Positions 35,507 through 45,262 of a stretch of DNA of 64,000 bases are shown here, piece after piece. The DNA is taken from NCBI GenBank assembly GCA_044376115.1, contig JBILLK010000032.1, forward strand, positions 1 to 64,000. The letters are read 5' to 3'. Each line of letters begins with the position of its first letter. Position 1 is the stretch's first letter. The position numbers were made by a program, and so were the translations under genes. Origin of the DNA: Polyangiaceae bacterium. GTDB lineage: Bacteria > Myxococcota_A > Polyangia > Polyangiales > Polyangiaceae. The notes beneath the pieces are model-generated. The model was not told the DNA's origin. It made no database searches and saw only the letters and a list, made by a program, of their open reading frames with translations.

Positions 35507-37053
35507 GGCGGCACGCTCTCCAGCTCCACCGCCGGCGCGAAGCTCAGCCGCACCACGGTGCCGGCGCCGCGCTTGGAGCGCACGTCGATCTGCCCGCCGT
35601 GTTGCTCGACCAGCTTCCTCACGATCGCCAAACCAAGCCCGGTTCCAGCCGGCTTGGTGGTGAAGAAGGGATCGAAGATCTCGTTCAAGTGGCTCTCTTC
35701 GATGCCGTCGCCCGAGTCGGAGAGCTGCAGCACCACCTCGCCCGCCAGCAGCTCCACCGAGGCGACCAGTTGGCCGCCGTTCGGCATCGCGTCGAGCGCG
35801 TTCACCACAAGGTTGAGCACCACCTGCTTCAGCTTCTCGACATCGCCGACCACCAACATGCGATGGCCTAGGCGCGTCTCGAGCACCACCTCCTGCTGCT
35901 CGATCGCCTGCGCCTCGAGCTCGAGCACGTGCCGCATCACCTCCGACAGATCGACCTTTTCGCGTTGCGGCGGGCGCGGCCGCGTGAGCTCGAGGAACTC
36001 GGTCACCAGCCGCTCCAAGCGGCGCAGCTCGGAGGCGACGATGGCCACGCGCGAGACCATCGGCTGGGAGAGCACCGGGTCGGGCACCTTCTCCACCGCG
36101 CGCCCGAGCAGATGCAACTGCAACACCGCAGCGTTGAGCGGATTGCGGATCTCGTGCGCGAGGCCGAGCGCCAGCGGCGCGATCGCGTTCAAGGCCTCGG
36201 CATTGGCGGCCCTGCGCTCGAGCGCGGCGCGCTGCGTGATATCGACGCCGACGGCGTAGATATGGTCCTCGGTGACGGCGTCATCCTCGCCCACCCCGAT
36301 CAAGTGGAACAGCACGCGCCGCACGGCGCCGCTCTTTTCGCGCATACCGACCTCGACGAAAGTGCTGGCCGGTGCCGGCTCGAGCGCGACCGAGGCTCTG
36401 CACGCCGACTCGAAACGCTTGCGATCCCCCTCTTCGATCAAGGCCGAGAAGCGCTGGTTGCGCGCGCTCTCTTCGTCGTGGCCGATGAAGTTCTGCAGCG
36501 TCGGGTTCAAAAACACGACCTTGCCCTCCAAATCGATGCCGGCGATCAAGAGCTCGGCGGCGTTCATCAACGCATTGGAGCGCCGCTCGTATTTGGCTCG
36601 CTCGCGTTTGAGGTTGACCTGCGAGAGCGCCTGGGTGACCGCGCTGATCAGCTCCTCTGGCGCAAAGCCCTTCAAAATGAGCCCGAACGCGCCCGCGCGC
36701 ACCGCCCGCACGGCGCTCTCGACGGTGGCGTTGCCGGTCAGCAGCACCACCTCGCCGAACGGCATCGCCTCGCGCAGCGGCGCCACCAAATCGATGCCGA
36801 AGGCGTCGGGGAGCCGCACATCGACGATCGCCACGTCGAAGCGTTGTTGCCCCACCAAGATCAGACCGGTCTTCGCGTCGGGCGCGACCACGATCTCGGG
36901 CAGGCCCATTGAGCCAGGAACCAGCTCAGAACCAAGCAAAATCTCGCGGACGTTGTCAGCTAACTCGGCGTTGTCGTCGAGGATCAAGATTCTAGGGATC
37001 GCCATCAACTCTCGATTCGAATGACAGAAGCGTTCGGGCGCGAGGGTGCTCAT
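35503..37053 (-). CDS. Hybrid REC-PAS-histidine kinase
   Basis: ILDDN/VDVRLP receiver, PAS, AHEIRNPL, NLVVNA, DSGDG, FFTTK, GTGLGL. Confidence 0.93.
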   Translation of the reverse strand: MSTLAPERFCHSNRELMAIPRILILDDNAELADNVREILLGSELVPGSMGLPEIVVAPDAKTGLILVGQQRFDVAIVDVRLPDAFGIDLVAPLREAMPFGEVVLLTGNATVESAVRAVRAGAFGLILKGFAPEELISAVTQALSQVNLKRERAKYERRSNALMNAAELLIAGIDLEGKVVFLNPTLQNFIGHDEESARNQRFSALIEEGDRKRFESACRASVALEPAPASTFVEVGMREKSGAVRRVLFHLIGVGEDDAVTEDHIYAVGVDITQRAALERRAANAEALNAIAPLALGLAHEIRNPLNAAVLQLHLLGRAVEKVPDPVLSQPMVSRVAIVASELRRLERLVTEFLELTRPRPPQREKVDLSEVMRHVLELEAQAIEQQEVVLETRLGHRMLVVGDVEKLKQVVLNLVVNALDAMPNGGQLVASVELLAGEVVLQLSDSGDGIEESHLNEIFDPFFTTKPAGTGLGLAIVRKLVEQHGGQIDVRSKRGAGTVVRLSFAPAVELESVPP

Positions 37054-37067
37054 GGTAGGACTCGCCC

Positions 37068-38411
37068 ATGCGGTTCGTCGACAGTTGTCGAATTCGCGTT
37101 TCTGCCGGTGACGGCGGGAACGGCGTGGTGGCGTTTCGTCGCGAGAAGTTCATGCCTATGGGCGGTCCCTCGGGTGGGGACGGAGGAAAAGGTGGCGACA
37201 TTGCGTTCATCGCCGATGAAGGTTTGTCGTCGCTGCAAGACGTCGTCTACCAACGGGTGATCACCGCTGAGCGCGGCGAACACGGCCAAGGCAGTGATTG
37301 TTACGGTCGCGGCGGCGCCGACAAGATCGTGCGCGTGCCTGTCGGGACGCAGGTCTTCGACCAAGAATCCGGCGAGTTGATCACCGATTTGACCGAGCAC
37401 GGTCAGGTCCTGGTGATCGCGCAGGGCGGCCGCGGCGGTCGCGGCAACATGCACTTCGCCACCCCGTTCGATCGCGCGCCGCGGCGCGCCGAGAAGGGTG
37501 AACCCGGTGAATCACGGGAGGTTCGCCTGGAACTGAAGGTGATGGCGGACGTTGGTCTGCTCGGCTTCCCCAACGTGGGCAAGAGCACCTTTGTCGCCGC
37601 GGTTTCCCGCGCTCGGCCGCGCATCGCCGATTATCCGTTCACCACGCTCGTCCCTTCATTGGGCGTTGTGGACGTGTTCGGTGGTTCGCGCATGGGCGGT
37701 ACCCAATTCGTGATCGCCGACATCCCGGGGCTCGTTCCGGGAGCGAGCGAGGGCATCGGCTTGGGCGTGCAATTCCTCAAGCACGTCGAGCGCACGCGGG
37801 TGCTCTTGCACTTGGTCACCTTGGACTTCGCCGAGGGTCGCGACCCGATGACCGACTACAAGGCGATCCGCAAAGAGCTGCAGAAATTCAGCCCCGAGCT
37901 CGCGCGCCGTCCGGAAGTCGTGGTGCTCTCCAAGTGCGACATCCCCGAGGTGGCCGAGCGTTACGAGGCCTTAGCGAAGGTCTTCGCTAAGCGCGGCATC
38001 CTGCTGCATCGAGTAAGCGCCGCAACGCGCGAGGGCCTCGAGAAGCTCGTCGTCGATCTGTACAGCATCAGCGCTGGCAAAGCCGAGCCCGCGGTACCGC
38101 CCGACGCTCCGAAGAAGAAGGCCGCTGCTCCGAAGAAGGCTGCCGCTCCCAAGAAAAAGGCCGCTGCTCCGAAGAAGGCCGCCGCTCCCAAGAAGAAGGC
38201 CGCCGCTCCCAAGAAGAAGGCTGCCGCTCCCAAGAAGAAGGTCGCCGCTCCCAAGAAGAAGGTCGCCGCTCCCAAGAAGAAGGCCGCCGCTCCCAAGAAG
38301 AAGGCCGCCGCTCCCAAGAAGAAGGCCGCCGCTCCCAAGAAGAAGGCCGCCGCTCCCAAGAAGAAGGCCGTCTCTCCCAAGAAGAAGGCTGTGGCCAAGA
38401 GGAAGCGTTGA
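37068..38411 (+). CDS. obgE: GTPase ObgE/CgtA with histone-H1-like C-terminal tail
   Basis: MRFVD...GDGGNG..FRREKF, GFPNVGKST, DYPFTT, DIPG, SKCD. Confidence 0.96.
   Translation: MRFVDSCRIRVSAGDGGNGVVAFRREKFMPMGGPSGGDGGKGGDIAFIADEGLSSLQDVVYQRVITAERGEHGQGSDCYGRGGADKIVRVPVGTQVFDQESGELITDLTEHGQVLVIAQGGRGGRGNMHFATPFDRAPRRAEKGEPGESREVRLELKVMADVGLLGFPNVGKSTFVAAVSRARPRIADYPFTTLVPSLGVVDVFGGSRMGGTQFVIADIPGLVPGASEGIGLGVQFLKHVERTRVLLHLVTLDFAEGRDPMTDYKAIRKELQKFSPELARRPEVVVLSKCDIPEVAERYEALAKVFAKRGILLHRVSAATREGLEKLVVDLYSISAGKAEPAVPPDAPKKKAAAPKKAAAPKKKAAAPKKAAAPKKKAAAPKKKAAAPKKKVAAPKKKVAAPKKKAAAPKKKAAAPKKKAAAPKKKAAAPKKKAVSPKKKAVAKRKR
38109..38396 (+). repeat. Coding tandem repeat, 14 units of 21/18 bp (PKKKAAA)
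   Basis: Consensus CCCAAGAAGAAGGCCGCCGCT; 12 x 21 bp plus 2 x 18 bp. Confidence 0.97.
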
Positions 38412-39460
38412 GTCTGCGCGAGCTCCTCGGACAGCCGAGCGCGCTCGCCGTGCTCAGCAGCGCGCTCGAAAAGGGCGAGCTGCATCACGCCCTTCGCTTT
38501 GAAGGACCGCCCGGTGTCGGCAAAGAGCTGGCGGCGTTTGGTGTGGCGATGGCCTCGGCCTGCACCAGCGACGACCCGCTCGGCTGTGGTCACTGTGAGG
38601 GCTGCCGTCGAGCGGTCACCTTTGCAGAAGGTCCGCCGGCGGTGCCGATTCACCCGGATATCGTGCTGATCGAACGCGGGCGTTATGCAGACCTGCTGCG
38701 CGATGGAGGCCGCAAGATCGAAGAGCGCACCGAGATCAGCATTCAGCAGGTGCGCCAGATCATCCAGCCGCAGGTCACCTACTCGGCGAGCGAGGCCAAG
38801 CGCCGCATCTTCATCATTCGAAGGGCTGAGGAGATGAGTATTGGTGCAGCCAACGCCTTGCTCAAAACCCTCGAGGAGCCGCGCCCCGGTAACCACTTCA
38901 TCCTGCTCACCTCGCGCCCGGACAGCCTGCTGCCGACCATCCGCTCGCGCACGATGCCGATCCGTTTTGCGCCCTTGCCCGGCAGCGTGATGCGTACGCT
39001 GCTCACGAAGAACGGCGTCGAAGAGAGCCGCCATGACGAGCTGGTGGACCTCGCGCAAGGCAGCATCGAGGCCGCGCTCGAGCTCGCCGGAGCCGAGAGC
39101 GCCGGCGAGAAGTCGACCTTCGTCAAGGCAATCGAGAAGGCGATTTGCATCGGCACACCCGGCGCAGCCACGCAGTTCGCTGAATCAGCGCCGAGCGACC
39201 GACACAACTGCCGGCAGGCGCTGATCGGTTATGCCGCCCACCTCGCGCGTCGCAGCCGCACGCTGCTGCAAAACGGCGGTAACCCCGATGATGCGCGCCG
39301 CGCCGCCGAGGGCTATTCGCACCTCTTGCGTGTGCTCGCCGACATGGAGGAATTCAACGGCTCACCGGCGATGCAGCTCGGCGCGCTGGTGCTCGAGCTC
39401 GCCGAACGCGGCGTGGTACCACCGGAAGAGCGCGCTGCGGCTGTGGGTAGGGCGCGGTAA
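38408..39460 (+). CDS. holB: DNA polymerase III subunit delta'
   Basis: GPPGVGK, CGHCEGC, HPD, AANALLKTLEEP, LLPTIRSR. Confidence 0.9.
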   Translation: MSLRELLGQPSALAVLSSALEKGELHHALRFEGPPGVGKELAAFGVAMASACTSDDPLGCGHCEGCRRAVTFAEGPPAVPIHPDIVLIERGRYADLLRDGGRKIEERTEISIQQVRQIIQPQVTYSASEAKRRIFIIRRAEEMSIGAANALLKTLEEPRPGNHFILLTSRPDSLLPTIRSRTMPIRFAPLPGSVMRTLLTKNGVEESRHDELVDLAQGSIEAALELAGAESAGEKSTFVKAIEKAICIGTPGAATQFAESAPSDRHNCRQALIGYAAHLARRSRTLLQNGGNPDDARRAAEGYSHLLRVLADMEEFNGSPAMQLGALVLELAERGVVPPEERAAAVGRAR

Positions 39461-39539
39461 CGCGGCTCACCGGCCCTGACGTCCTCGGGCTGCCCGCAGC
39501 AAGCGCGCTCTGTTAAGTGCGCCGGCAGGTCGAGGAAAC

Positions 39540-41012
39540 ATGAGCCAACGCAGTGAGTCGGTGCGTGCCTGGGTCGAGAAGCAGTACGAAGCGCTCAAAC
39601 TTGTGGGGCCTCCGGACGGCTGTGCGGCAGCTCTCGCCACGTTGCGGCGTGACTACACCGACACTCGCACGCTTTTCGGTTTGGACGCGACCGACGCTGA
39701 AGTTGCGGAGAAGCAGCAGCGGTTGCGAGGGATGGCGTCTGCCTGGCTCGAGTCGCTTCAGCAAGAGCCTCTCGCGGTACGAGTGAAGGCTCTGCAGTGG
39801 GTGGACTTTCTCGCCGCGTCGCCCTCCGATCGCGAGCTCGAGCAAGCGCCGGTGATTGAGAAGCTCAACCGGGCCTTCGTTGGGGCCTGGCGCTATCACG
39901 GCTTCGCAGACGGGCTCAGCGAGGAGCAACAGTCGCTCGCGCACACCCTTCGACAGCTCAACGCGCTTCCAGCATCGTTTCTCCCCGTCGCCACGCAGCT
40001 CGGTCGGGTTTGGGTGCTTGGAGAGGACGCGCGCGTCAGTGCGCAGAGCTTCGACTCGTACTCGCAAGCGTTCGGAGATCCCAGCGCCGCGCTGCAGGAG
40101 GCTGCAGAGAGCGCGGGGCTGGAGCTTTACTGCGGTATCGAGAGCTTGCTCGCGCAGCTCGAGGACGGCGCTAAGTCCTTCCGGCTTGGAGGCGGAGTTC
40201 TGGGGGACCGCCGCATCGAGATCCAGGCGAACGCAGATGGGCAGATTCGCGTTACTGGCGCAGGGCAAGCTCCGCATACGTTTGCGACCCTCAACGCCTA
40301 TCTCGAGGCCGTCGCTGCTGCGCTTGCAAGTGACGGCGGAGCTGCGCATGACAGCCTACCGCTCGGTCTTGTGCTCAACCACAAGCTCACGGCGTCGGGG
40401 AAGCGTCGGAATCTTCGGCCCAGTGTTTCCATCCTGCTCGAGCGAGAAGCGAAGATCGGCTCCCGAGCGGTTCGCTTCAAAGATTGTGAATCCCCTCCAC
40501 TCGACGGGGAGTTAGCCCTCTGGCACCCCATCGACGACTTCGAAGGCTCGCCTCGTTTTCGCTTCCAACGGCCGATCGCAGTTCGCAACGCCTGGCTCGG
40601 GACCGCACACCTGGCGCTGGTGCTTCACGACGGCTCCCCCGTGAGCCGATGGCTCGAGCTCGGGGACGCATCAACGGACACGACACAGCTTTATCTGCTG
40701 CGCGTCCAAGACTTCGAGGCCGTGCTCGAGCAGGTCTCGCCCGGTGACCTCGTTTTGAAAGGGACGAAGACAAACCCGTTCCAGTCGGTGAGTCTCGGAG
40801 GGGTCGCGTTCAACGTGCTTGAAACCGTGGACGGCAACGCTCGAGTGCATGGTGGGTTGGACGCCGGTGGCAAGCTCGTTTGCGTGATCATCGTGACGGG
40901 CGACATCGCATGGTCAGGCGAGGGCTACGTTCGGGGGCCTGCTTGGTCTGGCGTCATCACTGTCAGCGAGGGAATTCCTGCGCGCACGAAGAAAGGAAAA
41001 GCCCGGACTTGA
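39540..41012 (+). CDS. Hypothetical protein
   Basis: 490-aa ORF with GAGGA SD; no recognisable motif. Confidence 0.65.
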   Translation: MSQRSESVRAWVEKQYEALKLVGPPDGCAAALATLRRDYTDTRTLFGLDATDAEVAEKQQRLRGMASAWLESLQQEPLAVRVKALQWVDFLAASPSDRELEQAPVIEKLNRAFVGAWRYHGFADGLSEEQQSLAHTLRQLNALPASFLPVATQLGRVWVLGEDARVSAQSFDSYSQAFGDPSAALQEAAESAGLELYCGIESLLAQLEDGAKSFRLGGGVLGDRRIEIQANADGQIRVTGAGQAPHTFATLNAYLEAVAAALASDGGAAHDSLPLGLVLNHKLTASGKRRNLRPSVSILLEREAKIGSRAVRFKDCESPPLDGELALWHPIDDFEGSPRFRFQRPIAVRNAWLGTAHLALVLHDGSPVSRWLELGDASTDTTQLYLLRVQDFEAVLEQVSPGDLVLKGTKTNPFQSVSLGGVAFNVLETVDGNARVHGGLDAGGKLVCVIIVTGDIAWSGEGYVRGPAWSGVITVSEGIPARTKKGKART

Positions 41013-41088
41013 GCGCCGACGTGCCGTGAGGAACAAGTTCCGGAATGGTTTTCGCGAGGCCCTGGTTTGTGAACTCAGGAGTTCGGAA

Positions 41089-41277
41089 ATGAAGAAACGA
41101 CGTTCGATGATTGCGCTCTTGGGAATGATCATGGCCGGTGTAGCTATTGCGGGGTTCGGCGCCCCGGCGTACGCCGCGGAGTCAGCTCCGGATAGAGCGA
41201 TAGCGGCGGAGGTTGTGCTCTCGGCTGTCACCGCCCGCGATAACCCCTCGACAACCGTACCCGCGGATCCACACTAA
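41089..41277 (+). CDS. Small secreted hypothetical protein
   Basis: AGGAG SD; MKKRR plus a hydrophobic stretch and AYA cleavage motif. Confidence 0.5.
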   Translation: MKKRRSMIALLGMIMAGVAIAGFGAPAYAAESAPDRAIAAEVVLSAVTARDNPSTTVPADPH

Positions 41278-41343
41278 CGCCGGGTCCAGCGCTCGCTGGA
41301 GGTTTGGGTTGGTCGGGCCGCCAACCTGAGGCTCTCGCAGGAG

Positions 41344-41850
41344 TTGTTCGTGTTGGATTCAAAGCGGTCGGTCTACCGGGAGGCCGAGACGATCCCGGAG
41401 GTGAAGCTCGAGCTCGTGCAGGCGGACCGGCACTCGACGTTCGGGATGGCGTTTCTCGTGTTGTGGTCCTTGGTTGCAAGCTTGGTCGCTTGGCACGCAG
41501 CGCTGCCGTTCCGTATGGTGTTCCTGCTGATGCTGGTGATCGGCTTCGTGCGCTTGATCGACAGCGTGCGCGTCCGGCATCGGCTGCAGGTCTTCAGCGG
41601 GAGGCTCGAGCTAGAGCGGCGTGGGCTCTTGTTCTCGGAGCGCACGCGCGTCGCGCTTCGTTCGAGCGACAAGCTCAGGTTCAACTCGAACCCCGACAGC
41701 GTCGTCGTGGCGACCACCGCCGGCGCAAAGCAGGCTCTCGCGTACGGCCTTAGCCAAGAGAACGCGGCTGCGATGATCGCCTTCATCGAGCAGCAGCGCG
41801 CGCACGAGGCGGCGCTGCTCCAAGCCTCCGAGCAGCGTCAGTCGCGGTAG
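41344..41850 (+). CDS. Hypothetical two-TM membrane protein
   Basis: Two hydrophobic helices followed by a beta-rich soluble domain. Confidence 0.55.
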   Translation: MFVLDSKRSVYREAETIPEVKLELVQADRHSTFGMAFLVLWSLVASLVAWHAALPFRMVFLLMLVIGFVRLIDSVRVRHRLQVFSGRLELERRGLLFSERTRVALRSSDKLRFNSNPDSVVVATTAGAKQALAYGLSQENAAAMIAFIEQQRAHEAALLQASEQRQSR

Positions 41851-42203
41851 TCGAAGGTCGAGCCCAGCGACACGGCCAGCGAGACGAGCGTAAGGATACC
41901 CGCAAGGGCCCCGACCAACCCGTTGGCCGCCAGCGCGAACAGCACGAGCAAACGGCTGCGCGGCGTCGGCGCTTCGTTCAGGCCCATCAGGCTCTGCGCA
42001 AAGCCGGCCGTGGCGAAGACGGCCGAGACCAGCGCAACCGCGACGCCCCACGCGCTCCAGCCCACGTAACGACGCAGCAGGTACCAACTAACCAGCGCGA
42101 GCGTCGCCGCGATCAGCCTCCGCACGCCCGGAACGCGGCTGCGCTTGGGCGGCTCCTCGGCCGCTTGAGCGGGCGGCGCGTAGGGGTTGATCGGCTCGCT
42201 CAT
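41838..42203 (-). CDS. Hypothetical membrane protein (NPYAPP N-terminus)
   Basis: MSEPINPYAPP followed by three TM segments. Confidence 0.65.
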   Translation of the reverse strand: MSEPINPYAPPAQAAEEPPKRSRVPGVRRLIAATLALVSWYLLRRYVGWSAWGVAVALVSAVFATAGFAQSLMGLNEAPTPRSRLLVLFALAANGLVGALAGILTLVSLAVSLGSTFDYRD

Positions 42204-42225
42204 CGTTAGGCCCGCGCGCTCGCGC

Positions 42226-43851
42226 TCATGGCTTGATCAGCTCGCCGCTGCGCAGGTCGATCTTCATGTCGCGCAAAATCTCCGGCTCGGCGCAAACGAG
42301 CTGCGGCTTCGAGCCTTTGACCTGCTTTTCGATCAAGCTCGTGAGCTTTCGGCCGGTCTGAGCGTCGGGCACGATCGCCGAAAGGAATTTCTGCCCGCCA
42401 TCGCGCGCGACCACGAAGCGCACTTTGTCGAACTCGGTGTGGCCCTTGATCGCCTTGCGCGTGGACGGGAAGTCGTAGTCGTCGGGCGTAACTTTGGTGA
42501 AGCCGTAGAGCACGACCAGGTTCTGCGGGCAGAGCGGCCCAGGCGCGCGACCGAGCGCACCCGAACGGCGGCGAATGGCCTTGTTCTCCGCTTCGGTCGC
42601 GACGCTCATCGACTCATCGGCGGCAGAGAGCCGCTCGCGCAGCAGCGCCCGTCCAGCGCTAATCCAGAGCGTGCCGTCGTCCGCGGTCGCGAGGCTGGTG
42701 GGGGCGTCCGGCGTTTGCACCAGCTCCCATTGTTGGCCGCTCCAGCGGTACAGCGCCGAGGGCGTGGTGACGACTCGCGCACTGCCCTTCCATTTCATGT
42801 CCTCCTGAGACTTCACGAACAGCGTCCCCGCGCGATCGATCGCGAGGTCCGCTGCATCGAGTTCGCCCGGCAACTCGGGCAACGCTTCGATGGCGCCTGC
42901 GTCGAAATGCGAGATGCGCCCGCTGTTCGAAATCCAAGCCTCATCCTCGCCTTTCCCAGCGATGATCTGACTCTCGCCGCCGCCCGCTTTGCGCGTTGAA
43001 CCGGCTACCGACAAGAGCGACGACTTCGCCGTGTTCGGCGGCCAGACCTCGAGGTTGGGGCCTTCATTGCAGGGCTTTCCAACGCTCAGCAGCGTCCCTT
43101 TGCGGGTCGCGCCGGCGGCTTCGGTCACCACCGCGGCGGGCGGAAGCCAAGAGTCCGGGAACCCTGGCTCTTTGGCCCGAAGGGCGGCGTGACATTCTTT
43201 GGAGGGAGGCTGAAACGTGCGTTCGACCTTCGGCCCCAAGAGCGTGATGATCTGCGGCCTCTGCAGGTTCATCCCCGCGCCAACGCGCACCCCGAGCAGT
43301 GAGCCGCCGATCTCGGCCATGCCGACGAAGATGTACGCCTGATCCCAAGCGCGCTGGTTCCACTTGCCCTGCTCGCTGAGGCTCCAATGTTGCGCGACCG
43401 CGATGCGGCCTGTGTCGCCGGTCGCCAGCACGTGCAGGCCCGAGGGATACGCGCCTTTGGCGTCGACCACCGCCAAGTAGAAACCGCCGCCGTAGAGCTC
43501 CGGCCGATCCAAGTAGCGTCCGCTCGGATCGACGAAACCGATGCGGTAGGTCTGGCCCTCCTCGCTGATATTGCTGTCCAGCCCCACGGCCATGAGCGCG
43601 CCTTTCACCGGATGCAGGCCCATGCGCTCGGGCAGCTCGCTGACGACCACGAGCGGCGAAGGGACCGGCGGCTTGGCCTCGAGCGGCGTCCCCGTCGAGC
43701 TCGACTGCGCCGACGCTGAGGCGGAAACGCTGGGCGCTATTTCGCCTGGGCCCGCAGGCTTGACCGACGCTCCGCTTCCACCGCCGCAGGCAGCCAGACT
43801 GCATGCGGCAACGACCGACCAGGACCCAACGAACGAACGCAGCGGTTTCAC
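42226..43851 (-). CDS. Hypothetical lipoprotein, probably beta-propeller-rich
   Basis: Lipobox LAAC; DRAGTLFV / DDGTLWI repeats; leaderless -10 upstream. Confidence 0.75.
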   Translation of the reverse strand: MKPLRSFVGSWSVVAACSLAACGGGSGASVKPAGPGEIAPSVSASASAQSSSTGTPLEAKPPVPSPLVVVSELPERMGLHPVKGALMAVGLDSNISEEGQTYRIGFVDPSGRYLDRPELYGGGFYLAVVDAKGAYPSGLHVLATGDTGRIAVAQHWSLSEQGKWNQRAWDQAYIFVGMAEIGGSLLGVRVGAGMNLQRPQIITLLGPKVERTFQPPSKECHAALRAKEPGFPDSWLPPAAVVTEAAGATRKGTLLSVGKPCNEGPNLEVWPPNTAKSSLLSVAGSTRKAGGGESQIIAGKGEDEAWISNSGRISHFDAGAIEALPELPGELDAADLAIDRAGTLFVKSQEDMKWKGSARVVTTPSALYRWSGQQWELVQTPDAPTSLATADDGTLWISAGRALLRERLSAADESMSVATEAENKAIRRRSGALGRAPGPLCPQNLVVLYGFTKVTPDDYDFPSTRKAIKGHTEFDKVRFVVARDGGQKFLSAIVPDAQTGRKLTSLIEKQVKGSKPQLVCAEPEILRDMKIDLRSGELIKP

Positions 43852-43949
43852 GCCGCGAGCCTAGCCCGCGCCCAGCACCGAGAACAATGGCGGCCGTGCT
43901 CGAGCCCTGCGCGCTTGCTCCCGCGGCCTATGCGGTGCACAACTCCGAT

Positions 43950-44630
43950 GTGCAGGGTCTTTACGCCATCGTCGACATGGACGCGCTCCGCGGCCGCTCG
44001 GTTACCGCGACGGAAGTGGCCGCCGCTTTGATTGAGGGCGGCGCCAGCACGCTGCAACTCCGTGCCAAAGGTGCATCGCTCGCCGATATGCGCGCGTTGG
44101 CCGCGCCGCTGGCCGAGCTCGTGACGCGCAAGCTCAACGCCGAGAGCTTCTTCGTCAACGACGCGATCGAAATAGCGCTCGAGCTCGGCGTGGGCGTGCA
44201 TCTCGGCCAGGAAGATCGCTCCACCGCTGAGGCGCGCGCGCTCGCTGGTGCACGGCCGCTGCGCATCGGCCGCTCGACGCACAACCTCGAACAAATGCGC
44301 GCCGCCCTGCGTGAGCCCAACGACTATCTCGCGCTCGGCCCGGTCTTCGCTACCGCCAGCAAAGAGCGACCGGATCCGGTGATCGGCGCCGCTGCGGCGA
44401 ACGAGATCGCCGCTGAGGCACGCAGGCTCGGTTGGCACAAACCGCTCGTCGCGATCGGTGGAATTGATGTGCAGACCAGCGGCGAACTACCGGCCTTCGA
44501 TGCCGTGGCGGTGATCAGCGCGCCGCTCCCCGAGCGCGGCCTGGATCGCGCGAGCACGTTGTGCGCGGTGGTAGAGCGTACGGCCGTTTTGCTGCGCGCC
44601 TTCGAGCAAGCCAAGCGCGGTGCAGCTTGA
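43950..44630 (+). CDS. thiE: Thiamine-phosphate synthase
   Basis: GLYAIVD, QLRAK, VND, GVHLGQED, GRSTH, GPVFATASK, VAIGGI. Confidence 0.92.
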   Translation: MQGLYAIVDMDALRGRSVTATEVAAALIEGGASTLQLRAKGASLADMRALAAPLAELVTRKLNAESFFVNDAIEIALELGVGVHLGQEDRSTAEARALAGARPLRIGRSTHNLEQMRAALREPNDYLALGPVFATASKERPDPVIGAAAANEIAAEARRLGWHKPLVAIGGIDVQTSGELPAFDAVAVISAPLPERGLDRASTLCAVVERTAVLLRAFEQAKRGAA

Positions 44631-45262
44631 GCCTGCTGTTGATCGCTGGTTGCGCCGCAGGCCTTGCTGCGGTCAGCGGCTTCGTTGCGGCTCGACGTGC
44701 GCGCGTGCTGGTGGACGGAACAAAAGGCGCGCCCGAGGCGCTGCCCGCTCCCGTTGCAACGGCCGCCCCGGAGGAAGAAGAGCTCGGCGTCAGCTTGAAG
44801 CTCGGTCACGTGGTTGCGCTGGTGGGGGCTGGCGCGGTCGCGGGTCAAAGTGAAGAGCGTTGGCTCTCCGGAGGCCTCGTCCTTTCCGAGGGGGACTCGG
44901 TGGCCGCGGTGATTTTCAGCGCGCCGGAGGGAATCGCGCAGGGCATGGTGGTGGCCTTCCCTGCGCCGCGCAGTGAGATCTTGTGGCTCAGTCCGGTCGA
45001 GGTGGAGCTCGGTTCGGATTTGCCGACCACGATCGAACACCAGGGCCTCGTGCTGCAGCGCAAACGGCGTTTGGGTGTGAGCCTGCGCCGCGTCGGTCGA
45101 GATGCGCCCTCGCTCGGCAAGCAAGGCGTTTACGCCGAATACGCCTCCACCGGCGCTGAAACGCTGGTGGCGCTGCTCGGGGAGTCCGGCGCCATTCAAC
45201 TGTGGGGCCGGCGGCTGACGTCGGCCGAATACGATCCAATGGGAAGCGGAGTGTCACGGTGA
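44627..45262 (+). CDS. Hypothetical membrane-anchored protein
   Basis: N-terminal TM; 4-nt overlaps with both neighbours. Confidence 0.65.
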   Translation: MSLLLIAGCAAGLAAVSGFVAARRARVLVDGTKGAPEALPAPVATAAPEEEELGVSLKLGHVVALVGAGAVAGQSEERWLSGGLVLSEGDSVAAVIFSAPEGIAQGMVVAFPAPRSEILWLSPVEVELGSDLPTTIEHQGLVLQRKRRLGVSLRRVGRDAPSLGKQGVYAEYASTGAETLVALLGESGAIQLWGRRLTSAEYDPMGSGVSR

